Positions 38,685 through 48,929 of a stretch of 64,000 bases of DNA are shown in pieces. The stretch lies in contig JADHUR010000001.1 of the NCBI GenBank assembly GCA_016784445.1, positions 19,464 through 83,463 of the forward strand. Direction: 5' to 3'. The number at the start of each line of letters is the position of its first letter. The stretch's first letter is position 1. This DNA comes from Patescibacteria group bacterium. Its GTDB lineage: Bacteria > Patescibacteriota > Patescibacteriia > UBA1558. A model generated the notes under the pieces. That model ran no database searches. It was given only the letters and a program-made list of their open reading frames with translations, and had not been told where the DNA came from. Position numbers and translations under genes: made by a program.

Positions 38685-39800
38685 TTATTTATTATTTAAT
38701 TTTTTTAATATTGGTAATTGCTTACTCTCTAAATATTGAAGCATTGCTCCCCCTCCAGTAGATATGAAATTATAGTATTTATGTAAATTCAAATGCTTAA
38801 TAATTGCTAATGTTTCGCCTCCACCTACAATTGTTTTTGCCTTAGCTGAAGCTATTGCCATAGCGACTGCATAACTTCCTTTTTCATAACCAACCCTTTC
38901 AAATACTCCCATTGGACCGTTCCAAATAATAGTCTTTGCTCCTTTTATTATATCCGAATAATACTCTATTGTAATTGGCCCAATGTCTAATATTTTATCA
39001 TAATTCTTAACTTCTGCCACAGGTTTAATTATTCTCTTATTCCTTGACTCAACAACCACATCTATTGGTAAAAGTATCTTTTTATTCAATAATTTCTGAC
39101 ACATATCTACCATTTCTGGCTCATATAATGATTTACCGATTGGTAAATCTAATGCTTTCAAAAAATTATTAGCAAGTGCACCACCTACTATTAAATAATC
39201 TACTTGTGGTAATAGTTTTTTAATTAGCTGGACTTTTGTAGATATCTTTGCACCGCCCATTACAGCAACGCCACCTTTAGATTTTCTTAAATCTAAATTC
39301 TGTAATTCATGTTCAAATCTATAGCCAATATATGTTGGTAAATAATCTGGTAAATAATATACTGATGAATCATTTCTATGACTTGATGCGAATGACTCAA
39401 ATACAAAATAATCTCCTAGGTCTGCCAATTCCTTAGCAAATTTTTTACTTCCCTTTTGTTCTTCCTTATTAAAACGAATATTCTCTAAGAGTATTAATTT
39501 CGCACCACTGTCTTCTACTTTCAAATAATCTGTTATAAACTCTACTTTCCGTTTTAGTAACTTCTCTAAACTATTTACAACTGGTTTTAGACTTAAAGAT
39601 CTATCTATTCCCTCGGGTCTTCCAAAATGAGATATTAAAACAACCTTTGCTTTTTGTTTAAGAAGATAATTAATTGTAGGTAATGCTGCCTCAATCTTAA
39701 AATCATCCAAAACTTTTCTACCTTTAAGAGGTACATTAAAATCTACACGTACAAGTACTGTCTTATCCTTTATATTTTTTAATGTTTTAAGTTTTTTCAT
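38685..39800 (-). CDS. pgk: Phosphoglycerate kinase
   Basis: VRVDFNVP, SHFGRP, WNGPMGVFE, STGGGA. Confidence 0.97.
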   Translation of the reverse strand: MKKLKTLKNIKDKTVLVRVDFNVPLKGRKVLDDFKIEAALPTINYLLKQKAKVVLISHFGRPEGIDRSLSLKPVVNSLEKLLKRKVEFITDYLKVEDSGAKLILLENIRFNKEEQKGSKKFAKELADLGDYFVFESFASSHRNDSSVYYLPDYLPTYIGYRFEHELQNLDLRKSKGGVAVMGGAKISTKVQLIKKLLPQVDYLIVGGALANNFLKALDLPIGKSLYEPEMVDMCQKLLNKKILLPIDVVVESRNKRIIKPVAEVKNYDKILDIGPITIEYYSDIIKGAKTIIWNGPMGVFERVGYEKGSYAVAMAIASAKAKTIVGGGETLAIIKHLNLHKYYNFISTGGGAMLQYLESKQLPILKKLNNK

Positions 39801-42800
39801 TCTACTTTCTTTGGTCTTAATATTACTTCATGCATTGTATCACCGCCCTGAGAATAACTACCTTTCTCTTCCATGATAAACTCTACGCCAATATCTTTAC
39901 CTAACTTATCCAATTGTTTGTTTATTATCTTATATGACGTCTTGTCTCTCAACTGAGCATATATCGGCAGCATATTATCTTTTTCAGCATAATGCTTTTT
40001 ATACAGCTCTGTAAATGCTAGAATCAATGAACCACCTGCCTTAACACTACCATCTGAAGCCATATCTGACACATAGATAACGGATTCTCCATTTTTATCT
40101 ATTTTACCCTCATAAGATAATAGATAGCCATGCATTTTTCCTTTTGTATCCTCATATTTTATACTCATATTTGGCCTATCTTTAGCTGCATTATTAACGT
40201 CCTTTGCTATAAGAGCATTCTCCATGTTATGTAAATACTCTATTAAACTTTCATTGTCTTTATATGCTTTACCCTCGATATAAGAAACTCGCAAACTATC
40301 ATGGAAATCTAAAGGTTTAACTCCTTTAGGTAATTTAATACCCTCACTAACATCAGATTCAACAGCCCTTCTAACTTTCTTTTTAAATCCTTTTGCACCC
40401 TTCTCTTCCTCTAATCCCAACCTATAAGCTTGACGTCCCAAATTATCACTGTAAGCAACTGGTGCTTCTGGGGTAAAAGTATTGGCAACGGTCGGTAAAT
40501 CGGTCAAAGCATCTGTATATCCCATACCAACAATTACTTGGCCCATATCTAGTTCATCTTGCTCTCCATACAAAGATAAGTATTCTCTAAAATAATCCTC
40601 ATATATATCTTTAATAACCGCTTTATCTCCAGAAAAGTTTTGAGCAACCTCAATATTGTCACATGTTATGATTCCCGGCTTATCAATCAATAAATCTTCC
40701 TCTACCAATTCATTTAATTTAACTTTGGACGATGTCATTTGCTTAACTACATCAGCTATATTTTTGTTAATATCTATATTTCTAGTTAAAACACTTTGTG
40801 CAACTGTACGCCACGTGCCATCAGCAGTTTTCCTTTGAATAGTAAATAAAGAACAGATTGGGTTAAAAGTATATACATTGTTCTTACCAGATCCAAAAGG
40901 CATACAACAAGCTGTATCATTGCCAGCCACTACTCCATCAGGATCAGATTTTTTGTTAATTTTAGCTCTATACTCAATCCTAGGTGACTTACTCGATAAA
41001 CCAATCTCACTATCTAACAACAATTCTCTAGCCTGATCTATTACAAGTTCCGCTTCCGGAAAATCCTCAGCTACATTTGCTGATTGCAAATAATCAATTA
41101 ATTTAATATTAGATTGTTTAAATAATTTAGTAAGTTCACTAAAAAGCTTGTTTGGATTTTTAGCTTTACCTTTTATCCCTTCACTCCGCTTACCAACCGC
41201 CTGCCAAATCACATCAGGTAAAGGCTTAGCCTCGGCCTCAACTCCACCAAACTTATATTCAATTTCTAAAGATTTAAAGGATTGAATCTTATCATAGTCA
41301 CCCGCAATCAATGCATCACGTAATTCTTCCCCAGTTAAATCCAAATTTGGAATATCAGTATAGTTCGATGGCTTCTTCCTTCTCTGAACATCCTCTGGCG
41401 TATGAGCATCATCAAGCTCTAAAAAACTATCAATATCTTGCCAAAAATCCATTACTTTCTTTAAAGCTATATTAGGATGAAATGCTAAAGTCTCCACATA
41501 TCTATATAAATCTTCTTTACCCTCAACCTTTAAAGACTGTAGCTTATCTAATATTTCCTTTCTCTTTAATAAATCATTAATCTCACTGTATTTTTTCAAT
41601 AATTTCCAGGACCCAAAAATTTGTTCAGGTGATTCAATCTCATCTAAAAGTTCTTGTAATTTTGTAATGTTTGGATATTTTCTAGCATCATTAATAACAG
41701 CCCCAAAATCAGTGTTAACATTCATAGCTAAACTATTTAATGTATGATGAGCAGTGCCCCATTCATACTCCGCATCATCCTGTTGTACTTGTTTTAATAT
41801 ATTATTGAAAAATTGCTCGGGTTTAAGACCGGACTCTTTATATAAAACATAAATCTGATTAAAATTATGCAACCCATCATGACGTGACAACCCATCCCTG
41901 TCTAAATACTCAAATACAGCAGACGCTCCAAACGCTTCTTTGGCAACATCAAATGGATCTATAATATTCTGCTCATCTTCCCAAATATCTGAATTTTCTT
42001 TTAATATTTCATAGAACTTATCTGCCTGTTCATCCCTACTTAAACTTTCATCAACACTATCTTCCACTAAATAATACTCCGATGGCCTTAAATGATACGA
42101 CTTAGCTTTTTCAAACCAATCTCCTTCGAAACTGTTCACATTTTTATCAACAATTTCCGCCTTGCCATCTTCAAGTAGTCTACTAACTACCTCTTTACTG
42201 AGAGAAGAAAAATTACCAAGATTTTCAGAAACTGCTCCACTCATAAATGAATCCAATATTTTAAGAGCTACTTCATTATGATTAATTCCTGAAAAATTAT
42301 TAAGATTTTCTGCAAGAGCATAACATTCTTGGGCATCTATCATTCTATATACTATCTCCTCATGATTAATACCTGAAAACTGATCAAGATTTCTTGCTAC
42401 AGACTTAGCTGCATGATGTTCAACCATCATAAGCGCAACCTGATTATCAAGACCTGAAAATGCCTGAAAATTATCGGCTACACCCTCTGATTGTTCCAAC
42501 TCTATTAACTTCATAGCAATCTCTTTATCGAGCCCACTAAAACTACTAGAATATCCATGAACCATCCACGGCTTCTCAGACTTTATTAGTTCTAGTGCCA
42601 CCTCTTTATCTAGTCCACTAAAATTTCTCAGAGTTTCTCCAAAATCAATGGAAAGATTGCCAGCCTTAATTATTTTTAAAGCTATCTGCTTATGATCAAG
42701 TCCGGAAAACTTATGCAAATGAGTTGCAACTACACTTCCTTGACCCGCGTTAATCATCTTAAGGGCTATCTTCTTGCGATCAAGATCCGAAAAATTGTTT

Positions 42801-44314
42801 AAATTTATAGCTAAAAATTCTGCTTGATCTGTTTCTATCATTTTTAAGGCCACCCATTTATGATCAAGTCCAGAAAAATTATTTAAATTCTCAACTACTA
42901 CTGATGCCTGATCTGTTACCATCATTTTTAAAACAATCTCTTTATGATCAAGTCCTGGAAATTTATTAAGATTCTCAGCCACTACTGATGCCCATCGTGC
43001 TTCTATTATTTTTAAAGCTGACTCTCGATTTAAATTGTCAAAAGAATCAAAATTTAAAAATATGGCCTTCATGCTGTTAACTGATATCAATTGCGATGCT
43101 ACTTCTCCGTCCAAGTTAGAAAATTTATCGAGATTATTTAACACTACACCCAAATCACCTGCATTAATGGCCATTAGAGCTATTTTCTTGTAATTTATTT
43201 TTGTAAAATTATTAATTTTTCTAACCACAGTAGCAGCTGCGCCCAATTCAATCATCTTTAAAGCTATCTCGTTATCAAGTCTAGAAAATAAACTTAAATG
43301 CTCCACTAAAGGCATGACCTGACCCATATCAAGAATTTTAATAGCTAATTCTTTATGATCTAAACCCTTAAAATTATTTAAATATTTTGCTACATATCTA
43401 CCTTTACCTTCCTCAACCATTTTCATAGCTATCTCTTTGTGATTCAAATTTCTAAAATTTGATAAGTACTCAGCTACATATTCACACCCATCCTCTGTAT
43501 CAGCTTCAATTAATTTCATAGCTATCTCCCAATTATCTACCTCTTTAAGTTTATATAAATTACTTGTTACAAACTTTACATCACCGACTTCGATTGACTT
43601 TAAAATTACTTTAGTATCAATATTTTTAAAGAAAACAAAATTTTCAGTGACACTCTTGCCATCACCTGCCTCAATTAGTTTCATAGCAATATCTTTATGA
43701 TATGCCTCGTTAACTTTATCAATGTGTCTAGCTACGTATTTACCAGCACCTGCATCTATTACTCTGATAAGGATTTCCTTTTGATTCTCCTTAGCAAATT
43801 CATTAATAAACTCAGCTGCATATTCACCCGCACCTGCATCTATAGTCTTCATAATGAATTCTTTACGATCTACTCCTGTAAAATGTTTTAAACTCCTCAA
43901 TACGACACTGGGGTAATTAGCATTTATTAAGGCCATTGCAATTTGCTCATGATCTGTTTCTTTAAAATTATCAATATACTTAACCAAAAGAACAATGTCG
44001 TCCCCTAATACTTCTATTATTTTTGAGACCAACTCCTTATGATTTACTCCATTGATAAACTGTAAATTTTTTAAAAGAAAATCTACCCTTCCCGATTTCA
44101 TAAATTTACTTATATCACGCTTCCTATCCCAAGGAGCTTGAAAACCATCATCAGACCGTGTTTCTAAAAAACTACCGTCTAGTAAATCTGAAACTACTCC
44201 ATCCAAGTCTACCTGCTGTTTACTCGTAAGAGTGTCCACGTTACCATTTTCTTCATTTTCAATAGAATTTTTATTTTCAATCGGAATATTCGGTTGTTGT
44301 TCTGGATTAAACAT
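39797..44314 (-). CDS. 1505-aa protein: N-terminal helical repeat solenoid + C-terminal putative enzymatic (GNAT-like) domains
   Basis: More than 20 repeats like DHKEIAMKLIEAGxxxxVAENLNNFSGL; GNDTACCM, DNIE; C-terminal GYLLSYE...IYVSDMAS. Confidence 0.75.
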   Translation of the reverse strand: MFNPEQQPNIPIENKNSIENEENGNVDTLTSKQQVDLDGVVSDLLDGSFLETRSDDGFQAPWDRKRDISKFMKSGRVDFLLKNLQFINGVNHKELVSKIIEVLGDDIVLLVKYIDNFKETDHEQIAMALINANYPSVVLRSLKHFTGVDRKEFIMKTIDAGAGEYAAEFINEFAKENQKEILIRVIDAGAGKYVARHIDKVNEAYHKDIAMKLIEAGDGKSVTENFVFFKNIDTKVILKSIEVGDVKFVTSNLYKLKEVDNWEIAMKLIEADTEDGCEYVAEYLSNFRNLNHKEIAMKMVEEGKGRYVAKYLNNFKGLDHKELAIKILDMGQVMPLVEHLSLFSRLDNEIALKMIELGAAATVVRKINNFTKINYKKIALMAINAGDLGVVLNNLDKFSNLDGEVASQLISVNSMKAIFLNFDSFDNLNRESALKIIEARWASVVAENLNKFPGLDHKEIVLKMMVTDQASVVVENLNNFSGLDHKWVALKMIETDQAEFLAINLNNFSDLDRKKIALKMINAGQGSVVATHLHKFSGLDHKQIALKIIKAGNLSIDFGETLRNFSGLDKEVALELIKSEKPWMVHGYSSSFSGLDKEIAMKLIELEQSEGVADNFQAFSGLDNQVALMMVEHHAAKSVARNLDQFSGINHEEIVYRMIDAQECYALAENLNNFSGINHNEVALKILDSFMSGAVSENLGNFSSLSKEVVSRLLEDGKAEIVDKNVNSFEGDWFEKAKSYHLRPSEYYLVEDSVDESLSRDEQADKFYEILKENSDIWEDEQNIIDPFDVAKEAFGASAVFEYLDRDGLSRHDGLHNFNQIYVLYKESGLKPEQFFNNILKQVQQDDAEYEWGTAHHTLNSLAMNVNTDFGAVINDARKYPNITKLQELLDEIESPEQIFGSWKLLKKYSEINDLLKRKEILDKLQSLKVEGKEDLYRYVETLAFHPNIALKKVMDFWQDIDSFLELDDAHTPEDVQRRKKPSNYTDIPNLDLTGEELRDALIAGDYDKIQSFKSLEIEYKFGGVEAEAKPLPDVIWQAVGKRSEGIKGKAKNPNKLFSELTKLFKQSNIKLIDYLQSANVAEDFPEAELVIDQARELLLDSEIGLSSKSPRIEYRAKINKKSDPDGVVAGNDTACCMPFGSGKNNVYTFNPICSLFTIQRKTADGTWRTVAQSVLTRNIDINKNIADVVKQMTSSKVKLNELVEEDLLIDKPGIITCDNIEVAQNFSGDKAVIKDIYEDYFREYLSLYGEQDELDMGQVIVGMGYTDALTDLPTVANTFTPEAPVAYSDNLGRQAYRLGLEEEKGAKGFKKKVRRAVESDVSEGIKLPKGVKPLDFHDSLRVSYIEGKAYKDNESLIEYLHNMENALIAKDVNNAAKDRPNMSIKYEDTKGKMHGYLLSYEGKIDKNGESVIYVSDMASDGSVKAGGSLILAFTELYKKHYAEKDNMLPIYAQLRDKTSYKIINKQLDKLGKDIGVEFIMEEKGSYSQGGDTMHEVILRPKKVE
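42110..44100 (-). repeat. Intragenic degenerate tandem repeat, 84-bp (28-aa) period with some shorter units
   Basis: GATCAAG(T/A)..GAAA recurs about every 84 bp near 42694, 42778, 42862 and 42946. Confidence 0.85.
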
Positions 44315-44315
44315 A

Positions 44316-44519
44316 TTAGTTAAATAGTTTCATTAAATTATCTGCATCCTCTGTCGGAATAATTTGTAATACATAACCATTCTGAGCCAAGAAGAAATCT
44401 CCTATCTTAATATCCCCTTCTAAGACATCTGTTTTAAATTCCTTCTCTTCATCACTAATAACGCCAATAACAATATTGTCTTTAATGCTTTTTACTTTGT
44501 ATGGAATAGTCATGCACAT
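44316..44519 (-). CDS. hypC: HypC/HupF-like hydrogenase chaperone
   Basis: True start MCMTIPYKV (HypC MCxxIP); IKIGDFFL. Confidence 0.8.
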   Translation of the reverse strand: MCMTIPYKVKSIKDNIVIGVISDEEKEFKTDVLEGDIKIGDFFLAQNGYVLQIIPTEDADNLMKLFN

Positions 44520-44520
44520 A

Positions 44521-44775
44521 TTAATTTCCGTCAATTGATACAAGCTCCCAATCATCACCTTCAACAACTGATATATTAACAAGGGCCGTTTCAGCAATAG
44601 TTCCCTTTGCTAAATTCTTTATATTAAATTCTAAATTACTTGGATTTATAATTTCACCATGTTCTTCTATTTGCCCAAGGCGAATATCCATCTCCTTAAC
44701 TATCTTAAGCCTATTCTCTACTGCCTTTTCCAAAACAAGTTTTAAAATTCTATTTGCTTCGTGTAAATCATGCAT
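44521..44775 (-). CDS. hypA: HypA-like Ni chaperone lacking the Zn finger
   Basis: Start MHDLHEA; NLEFNIKNLAKGTIAETA; no CxxC. Confidence 0.75.
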   Translation of the reverse strand: MHDLHEANRILKLVLEKAVENRLKIVKEMDIRLGQIEEHGEIINPSNLEFNIKNLAKGTIAETALVNISVVEGDDWELVSIDGN

Positions 44776-44780
44776 AAAAT

Positions 44781-46031
44781 TTAATGTGTTGCGCAACTAA
44801 TACAAGGATCGTATGCGCGTATTAATAGTCTAATCTTTTGTCTTCTTTCTTTTGCTGTCATATCTTTAATATTTGGTAAATACATTGCTAAATCATCCTC
44901 AAGATTAAATAAAAATTGAGCTGTTGGAGTAATAATATTACAATCTTGAATAATTCCATCCTTGTCTAATTTATAATAATGGAATAATGTACCACGTGGT
45001 GCCTCCATGGCAGCTACTGCAAAACATTCCTTTACCCTATACTCTACCTGTCCTTCTTCCTTTAATTTTAAATCTTTCAATATCTTTTGTGATTCTTCCA
45101 ACATATGCACCAGCTCGACAGCTTGAGCTAGAATATTATAGAAAGAATTATATGTAGGTAATTTTACCCCAGATTCTTTTAATAGAGCTTTAGCTCTTGG
45201 ATTAAGTTGACTATGATTATTATTTAGCCTGGCAATAGCACCCACCATAAAAGACTTACCGGATAATTTAGCCTTCTTTACAGCTTCATACTGTTTTTTA
45301 ATCTCCGTTATCTTCTTACTAAATTTAGTACTAGATATTGTTTCTTCTTCTGAAGATTTAATATCTCCAGAATATATGCCATATTCCTTATCATTAAATA
45401 AACAAATATATTCTGTCTTTCTATTAAGTTCCGGATAATTTAATTTAATAAATAATTTAACAAGCTTTTCTGCTTTTTTAATTAAAGCTGGTAAACGATC
45501 ATTGATTTCATCTAAATCTTCTTGGGCTGGTAATATTTTAAACCCACCAACTTGTGAAGTAATGGGGTGAACAGTTCTACCACCAATTAAACGAATAAGG
45601 TCTGTTGCCCATCTACGAATATCCATTGCCATGTCCGCTTCCTTTGGATGTTTCTTTATTAATTGAAGGTCATTGAGTATTCCATAGAAATCGGGTAATG
45701 ATAAAAAGAATAAATGTAAACCATGACTATGTATTATTTGAGAATATTGCATTAACTTTCTTAAAGTCCTTGTTTGATCTGTTACTTTTACCTCTAATGC
45801 TTTTTCTAAGGACTCAATAGCTGTTAAATTATGTACAACCGGACAAATACCACAAATACGGGCAGTAATAATTGGAGCATCCATATAGTGACGACCAATG
45901 AGCATACCCTCAATAAGTCTAGCTCCTTCTTGTGTTTCAATTTTAGCTAATGCGACATTACCTTCTAAAATATGACCAACAAAACCAGCATGACCTTCCA
46001 TTTTTGCTAAATGATTTATTTGTATCTTCAT
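44781..46031 (-). CDS. hydA: NiFe hydrogenase large subunit, group 3b-like (alpha)
   Basis: KMEGH, L1 RICGICPVVH, EAPRGTLFH, L2 DPCISCATH*. Confidence 0.93.
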   Translation of the reverse strand: MKIQINHLAKMEGHAGFVGHILEGNVALAKIETQEGARLIEGMLIGRHYMDAPIITARICGICPVVHNLTAIESLEKALEVKVTDQTRTLRKLMQYSQIIHSHGLHLFFLSLPDFYGILNDLQLIKKHPKEADMAMDIRRWATDLIRLIGGRTVHPITSQVGGFKILPAQEDLDEINDRLPALIKKAEKLVKLFIKLNYPELNRKTEYICLFNDKEYGIYSGDIKSSEEETISSTKFSKKITEIKKQYEAVKKAKLSGKSFMVGAIARLNNNHSQLNPRAKALLKESGVKLPTYNSFYNILAQAVELVHMLEESQKILKDLKLKEEGQVEYRVKECFAVAAMEAPRGTLFHYYKLDKDGIIQDCNIITPTAQFLFNLEDDLAMYLPNIKDMTAKERRQKIRLLIRAYDPCISCATH

Positions 46032-46780
46032 AGTTTTTCTTCTATATCATCTCTCAGGCCAAAGATTTCTATTATTCTATTCATTTTCTCTTGGCCGTGC
46101 TCTTTAATTAATTTTTTCATCATTATTTGTACTTGGGCACCATCAAATAGCCCTCTACAACCTTGACATGCCATTTTGCTCTTTAAACAAATTGCTTCAC
46201 AACCACCAAGTATTATTGGTCCAAGACAAGGTTCACCTTTTTGTAATAAACATTCATAACCTCTTGCTTGACATTCAAAACAAACTGGACGCTGTGGAAT
46301 ATTAACTCTCTCATCCCTCATTAATGCATATACCACTTTGTAAAACTCATCAGCATTAATTGGACAACCAGATATCTTAAAGTCTACCTTAACAATATTA
46401 TCTATCTCTTTAATGTCTGGATTCGCTACTGTAGACTTCTGTCCATAAATATATTCTTTAATCTTTTTCTTATCATGATAATTCTTAATCTCATGTACAC
46501 CACCCATAGCAGCACAATTACCAAGTGCAATTAAATACTTAGACTTCTCTCTAGCTTCTTTTAATGTCTTAACATTCTCTTTAGTAATTGGAGAACCCTC
46601 AATAAAACAAATATCATAATATGTATTATGATCAAACTCTTCTTCAAGTAATCTAAACTCTGCAAGATCTATTTGTTTTAAGAAATCTAGAAATTCTCTA
46701 CCGGTATCAAGTAATGCAAACTCACACCCTTCGCAGGATGTTAGACCAATAATTGCAATTTTTAACTTACGTTTCTGCAT
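46028..46780 (-). CDS. hydD: NiFe hydrogenase small subunit (delta)
   Basis: CEGC, GNCA, SGCP, CFEC...CLGP...CQGCRG. Confidence 0.92.
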   Translation of the reverse strand: MQKRKLKIAIIGLTSCEGCEFALLDTGREFLDFLKQIDLAEFRLLEEEFDHNTYYDICFIEGSPITKENVKTLKEAREKSKYLIALGNCAAMGGVHEIKNYHDKKKIKEYIYGQKSTVANPDIKEIDNIVKVDFKISGCPINADEFYKVVYALMRDERVNIPQRPVCFECQARGYECLLQKGEPCLGPIILGGCEAICLKSKMACQGCRGLFDGAQVQIMMKKLIKEHGQEKMNRIIEIFGLRDDIEEKL

Positions 46781-47254
46781 TTACATTAAGTTCTGCTTAA
46801 TTAAATCTACAATTTGTTCTGGATTATCTGTTGTAAAATAAAATTTCTTATTCTCAAGCTCTAGCAATACTCCCATATCATTTCCTGCAATATATCCCCA
46901 AGATCTATCCAATCTACCATATCTAATTCCATAACCCCAATAATTCTTAAATTCAAATTTCTTTATACTGACATTCTTTATATCCCCCTTATTAACTTTC
47001 TTTTTAAATATACCGAAACCAAATTGAACAAATTCAGTAGTGATTACAACTTTCAAGTTTTTAAAGAATATAAATAATAGAATAAAAATAACAGCCATTA
47101 TTAGAAATGCCATTCCATCTTCTTGCCTGAAAGCTGCAATGCCATATTCATAATAGTTGCTAACAAGTGACACAATCAAGACAAATGCAACAACAAGGAA
47201 TACTATTATTGCCATTATGCTTGAGTTTTGTTTTTCTTCGTAAATATTATTCAT
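46781..47254 (-). CDS. Two-TM membrane protein with small beta domain
   Basis: Two TMs, WGYGIRY motif. Confidence 0.65.
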   Translation of the reverse strand: MNNIYEEKQNSSIMAIIVFLVVAFVLIVSLVSNYYEYGIAAFRQEDGMAFLIMAVIFILLFIFFKNLKVVITTEFVQFGFGIFKKKVNKGDIKNVSIKKFEFKNYWGYGIRYGRLDRSWGYIAGNDMGVLLELENKKFYFTTDNPEQIVDLIKQNLM

Positions 47255-48039
47255 TAATTCGTAAATGTTATTTTATTAATCTTAGTATTATTTTCAACAG
47301 CTTGATCTATTTCTCTCTGACCAGCTACTTGTTTGTAATTATCCCCCCGTCTATTTTCTATTTCACTAATAATATTCATATAAACATTCTTTTTAAAAAT
47401 CTTCTCATCTGTATAATCTATTACTCTATCCTTAACTGTTTCTAATATATCTTTCCAATATTTATGATCTGCTTGTTTAAGTAAAATATCATCATCTGTT
47501 TTAGATTTCTTGTCTACTACTACTCCAAAATGTTGCCAAACAATGTTCCCCACAACGACATTCAAATTGTTTGGAATAATTACATTTCTGTACACTATAT
47601 TATCTCCTTCAAGCTCTGCAATAGTCGCTCCTTCACTTTCATATATTTTAATTATATTAGCTATAGACAAGGTATGAGCTAAAGCATAGCTAGCACCCTT
47701 CAACTTAATAATTTCATTATTCTCAATAGTGTTTAAATGATCAAGGGCAAAACATTTTATTACATCATCTCTTGAAAGGTATAGCTTTTTATGTTCCTGA
47801 GCATACTGCGCAAGGGTTGCTGGGGCGGCTGTTAATATATGTTTTGAAATATCTGCAAGTAATACAAATTCTTTATCTATATAATCTTCTAAATTAATAT
47901 CTATTAAACAGTCTGGATTTAGGAATAGATTAGAAATTATCCTTAGTCCATCTCCAGATACCTTAATTTTATCGAAATCTACAAAACTCAACCTCCTGGT
48001 CTTTTCAACAAGCTCTATCTGTTTCTTAGTAAACGCCAT
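47254..48039 (-). CDS. Hypothetical protein with a HypC-like C-terminal barrel (possibly DUF6390-related)
   Basis: VVGNIVWQHFGVVV resembles HypC VGDxVxxHxG; embedded in the hydrogenase operon. Confidence 0.55.
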   Translation of the reverse strand: MAFTKKQIELVEKTRRLSFVDFDKIKVSGDGLRIISNLFLNPDCLIDINLEDYIDKEFVLLADISKHILTAAPATLAQYAQEHKKLYLSRDDVIKCFALDHLNTIENNEIIKLKGASYALAHTLSIANIIKIYESEGATIAELEGDNIVYRNVIIPNNLNVVVGNIVWQHFGVVVDKKSKTDDDILLKQADHKYWKDILETVKDRVIDYTDEKIFKKNVYMNIISEIENRRGDNYKQVAGQREIDQAVENNTKINKITFTN

Positions 48040-48929
48040 TGTTTTATATTTAATGACTTGAGGCTATACATAATATACAAACCAAAGATAATAAATGCTA
48101 TTCCGATAAAGGCCATGCCTGACATACTCTTATCTAAAAATACCATTGTTAAAATAGCTGTAATTGGAGCGCCAAGTGCTAAGACAGAAGTTGCCTCAAC
48201 AGCACTTACATGTTTAAGTCCTGAATAAAAAGTTGTCACATAAGCAATAAGTAATACTGCGGTAATACCAACCCAACCCCATTGTTCCATGGATAAATTT
48301 GTTACTAAGCTAAACTTACCCGTAATAAGCAAAAATACCCAAATAAAAATACTACCAAAAAACATTCTAGAACCGGCTACAATATTTGCGGGTAAATCAT
48401 TTAATAGTTTTTTAGAAAGTAATATTTCAACAGACCACAATAATACTGAGCCAAAAACAAGAAGGTCTCCAATATTTAATGCCTGAGGTTTAATATTTAA
48501 AAATAGTATATTACCAATAAGTAATGAAATAATTCCCACCCAAACATATTTACTTGGCTTATTCTTTAAAAATACAACTGACATTAATGCTATTACTAAA
48601 AACATGCTCTTGTGAATGAAACCAGCTTTTACAGCTAATGTTAAACTTAAACCTTTAAAAAACATCAAGAACGGAATAGCGCCACCAATAAGTCCAATAA
48701 GTAATAACAATAGCCATTGTTTACCTTTGATCTCTTTTAAGGACTGTTTGTTTATAAGCAATAATGCTCCAACAAGGAATACTGCAACAACTGTATTTTT
48801 TAAACCTGCAAAAACATACGGATCACTCATTGCAATACCAAACTTGTTTACAAATATTGAAATACCTGAAATAAAAGCGGTAGCAAGTACTAATAGAAAA
48901 CCTTTTTTTGTTTTATCTTTCATTATCAT
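48015..48929 (-). CDS. EamA/DMT family transporter
   Basis: About 10 TMs in two repeats, GDLLV. Confidence 0.9.
   Translation of the reverse strand: MIMKDKTKKGFLLVLATAFISGISIFVNKFGIAMSDPYVFAGLKNTVVAVFLVGALLLINKQSLKEIKGKQWLLLLLIGLIGGAIPFLMFFKGLSLTLAVKAGFIHKSMFLVIALMSVVFLKNKPSKYVWVGIISLLIGNILFLNIKPQALNIGDLLVFGSVLLWSVEILLSKKLLNDLPANIVAGSRMFFGSIFIWVFLLITGKFSLVTNLSMEQWGWVGITAVLLIAYVTTFYSGLKHVSAVEATSVLALGAPITAILTMVFLDKSMSGMAFIGIAFIIFGLYIMYSLKSLNIKQWRLLRNR

Noticed and set aside
42110-44100. CRISPR array or DGR template/variable repeats
   Set aside because: The repeats are degenerate, in frame and coding; there are no unique spacers, cas genes or reverse transcriptase.
44520-44597. N-terminal extensions in the ORF track (hypC here; also hypA, mraZ, dnaX, murF, pcm, the CAP gene)
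   Set aside because: They overlap upstream genes or promoter elements; family-typical starts lie downstream.
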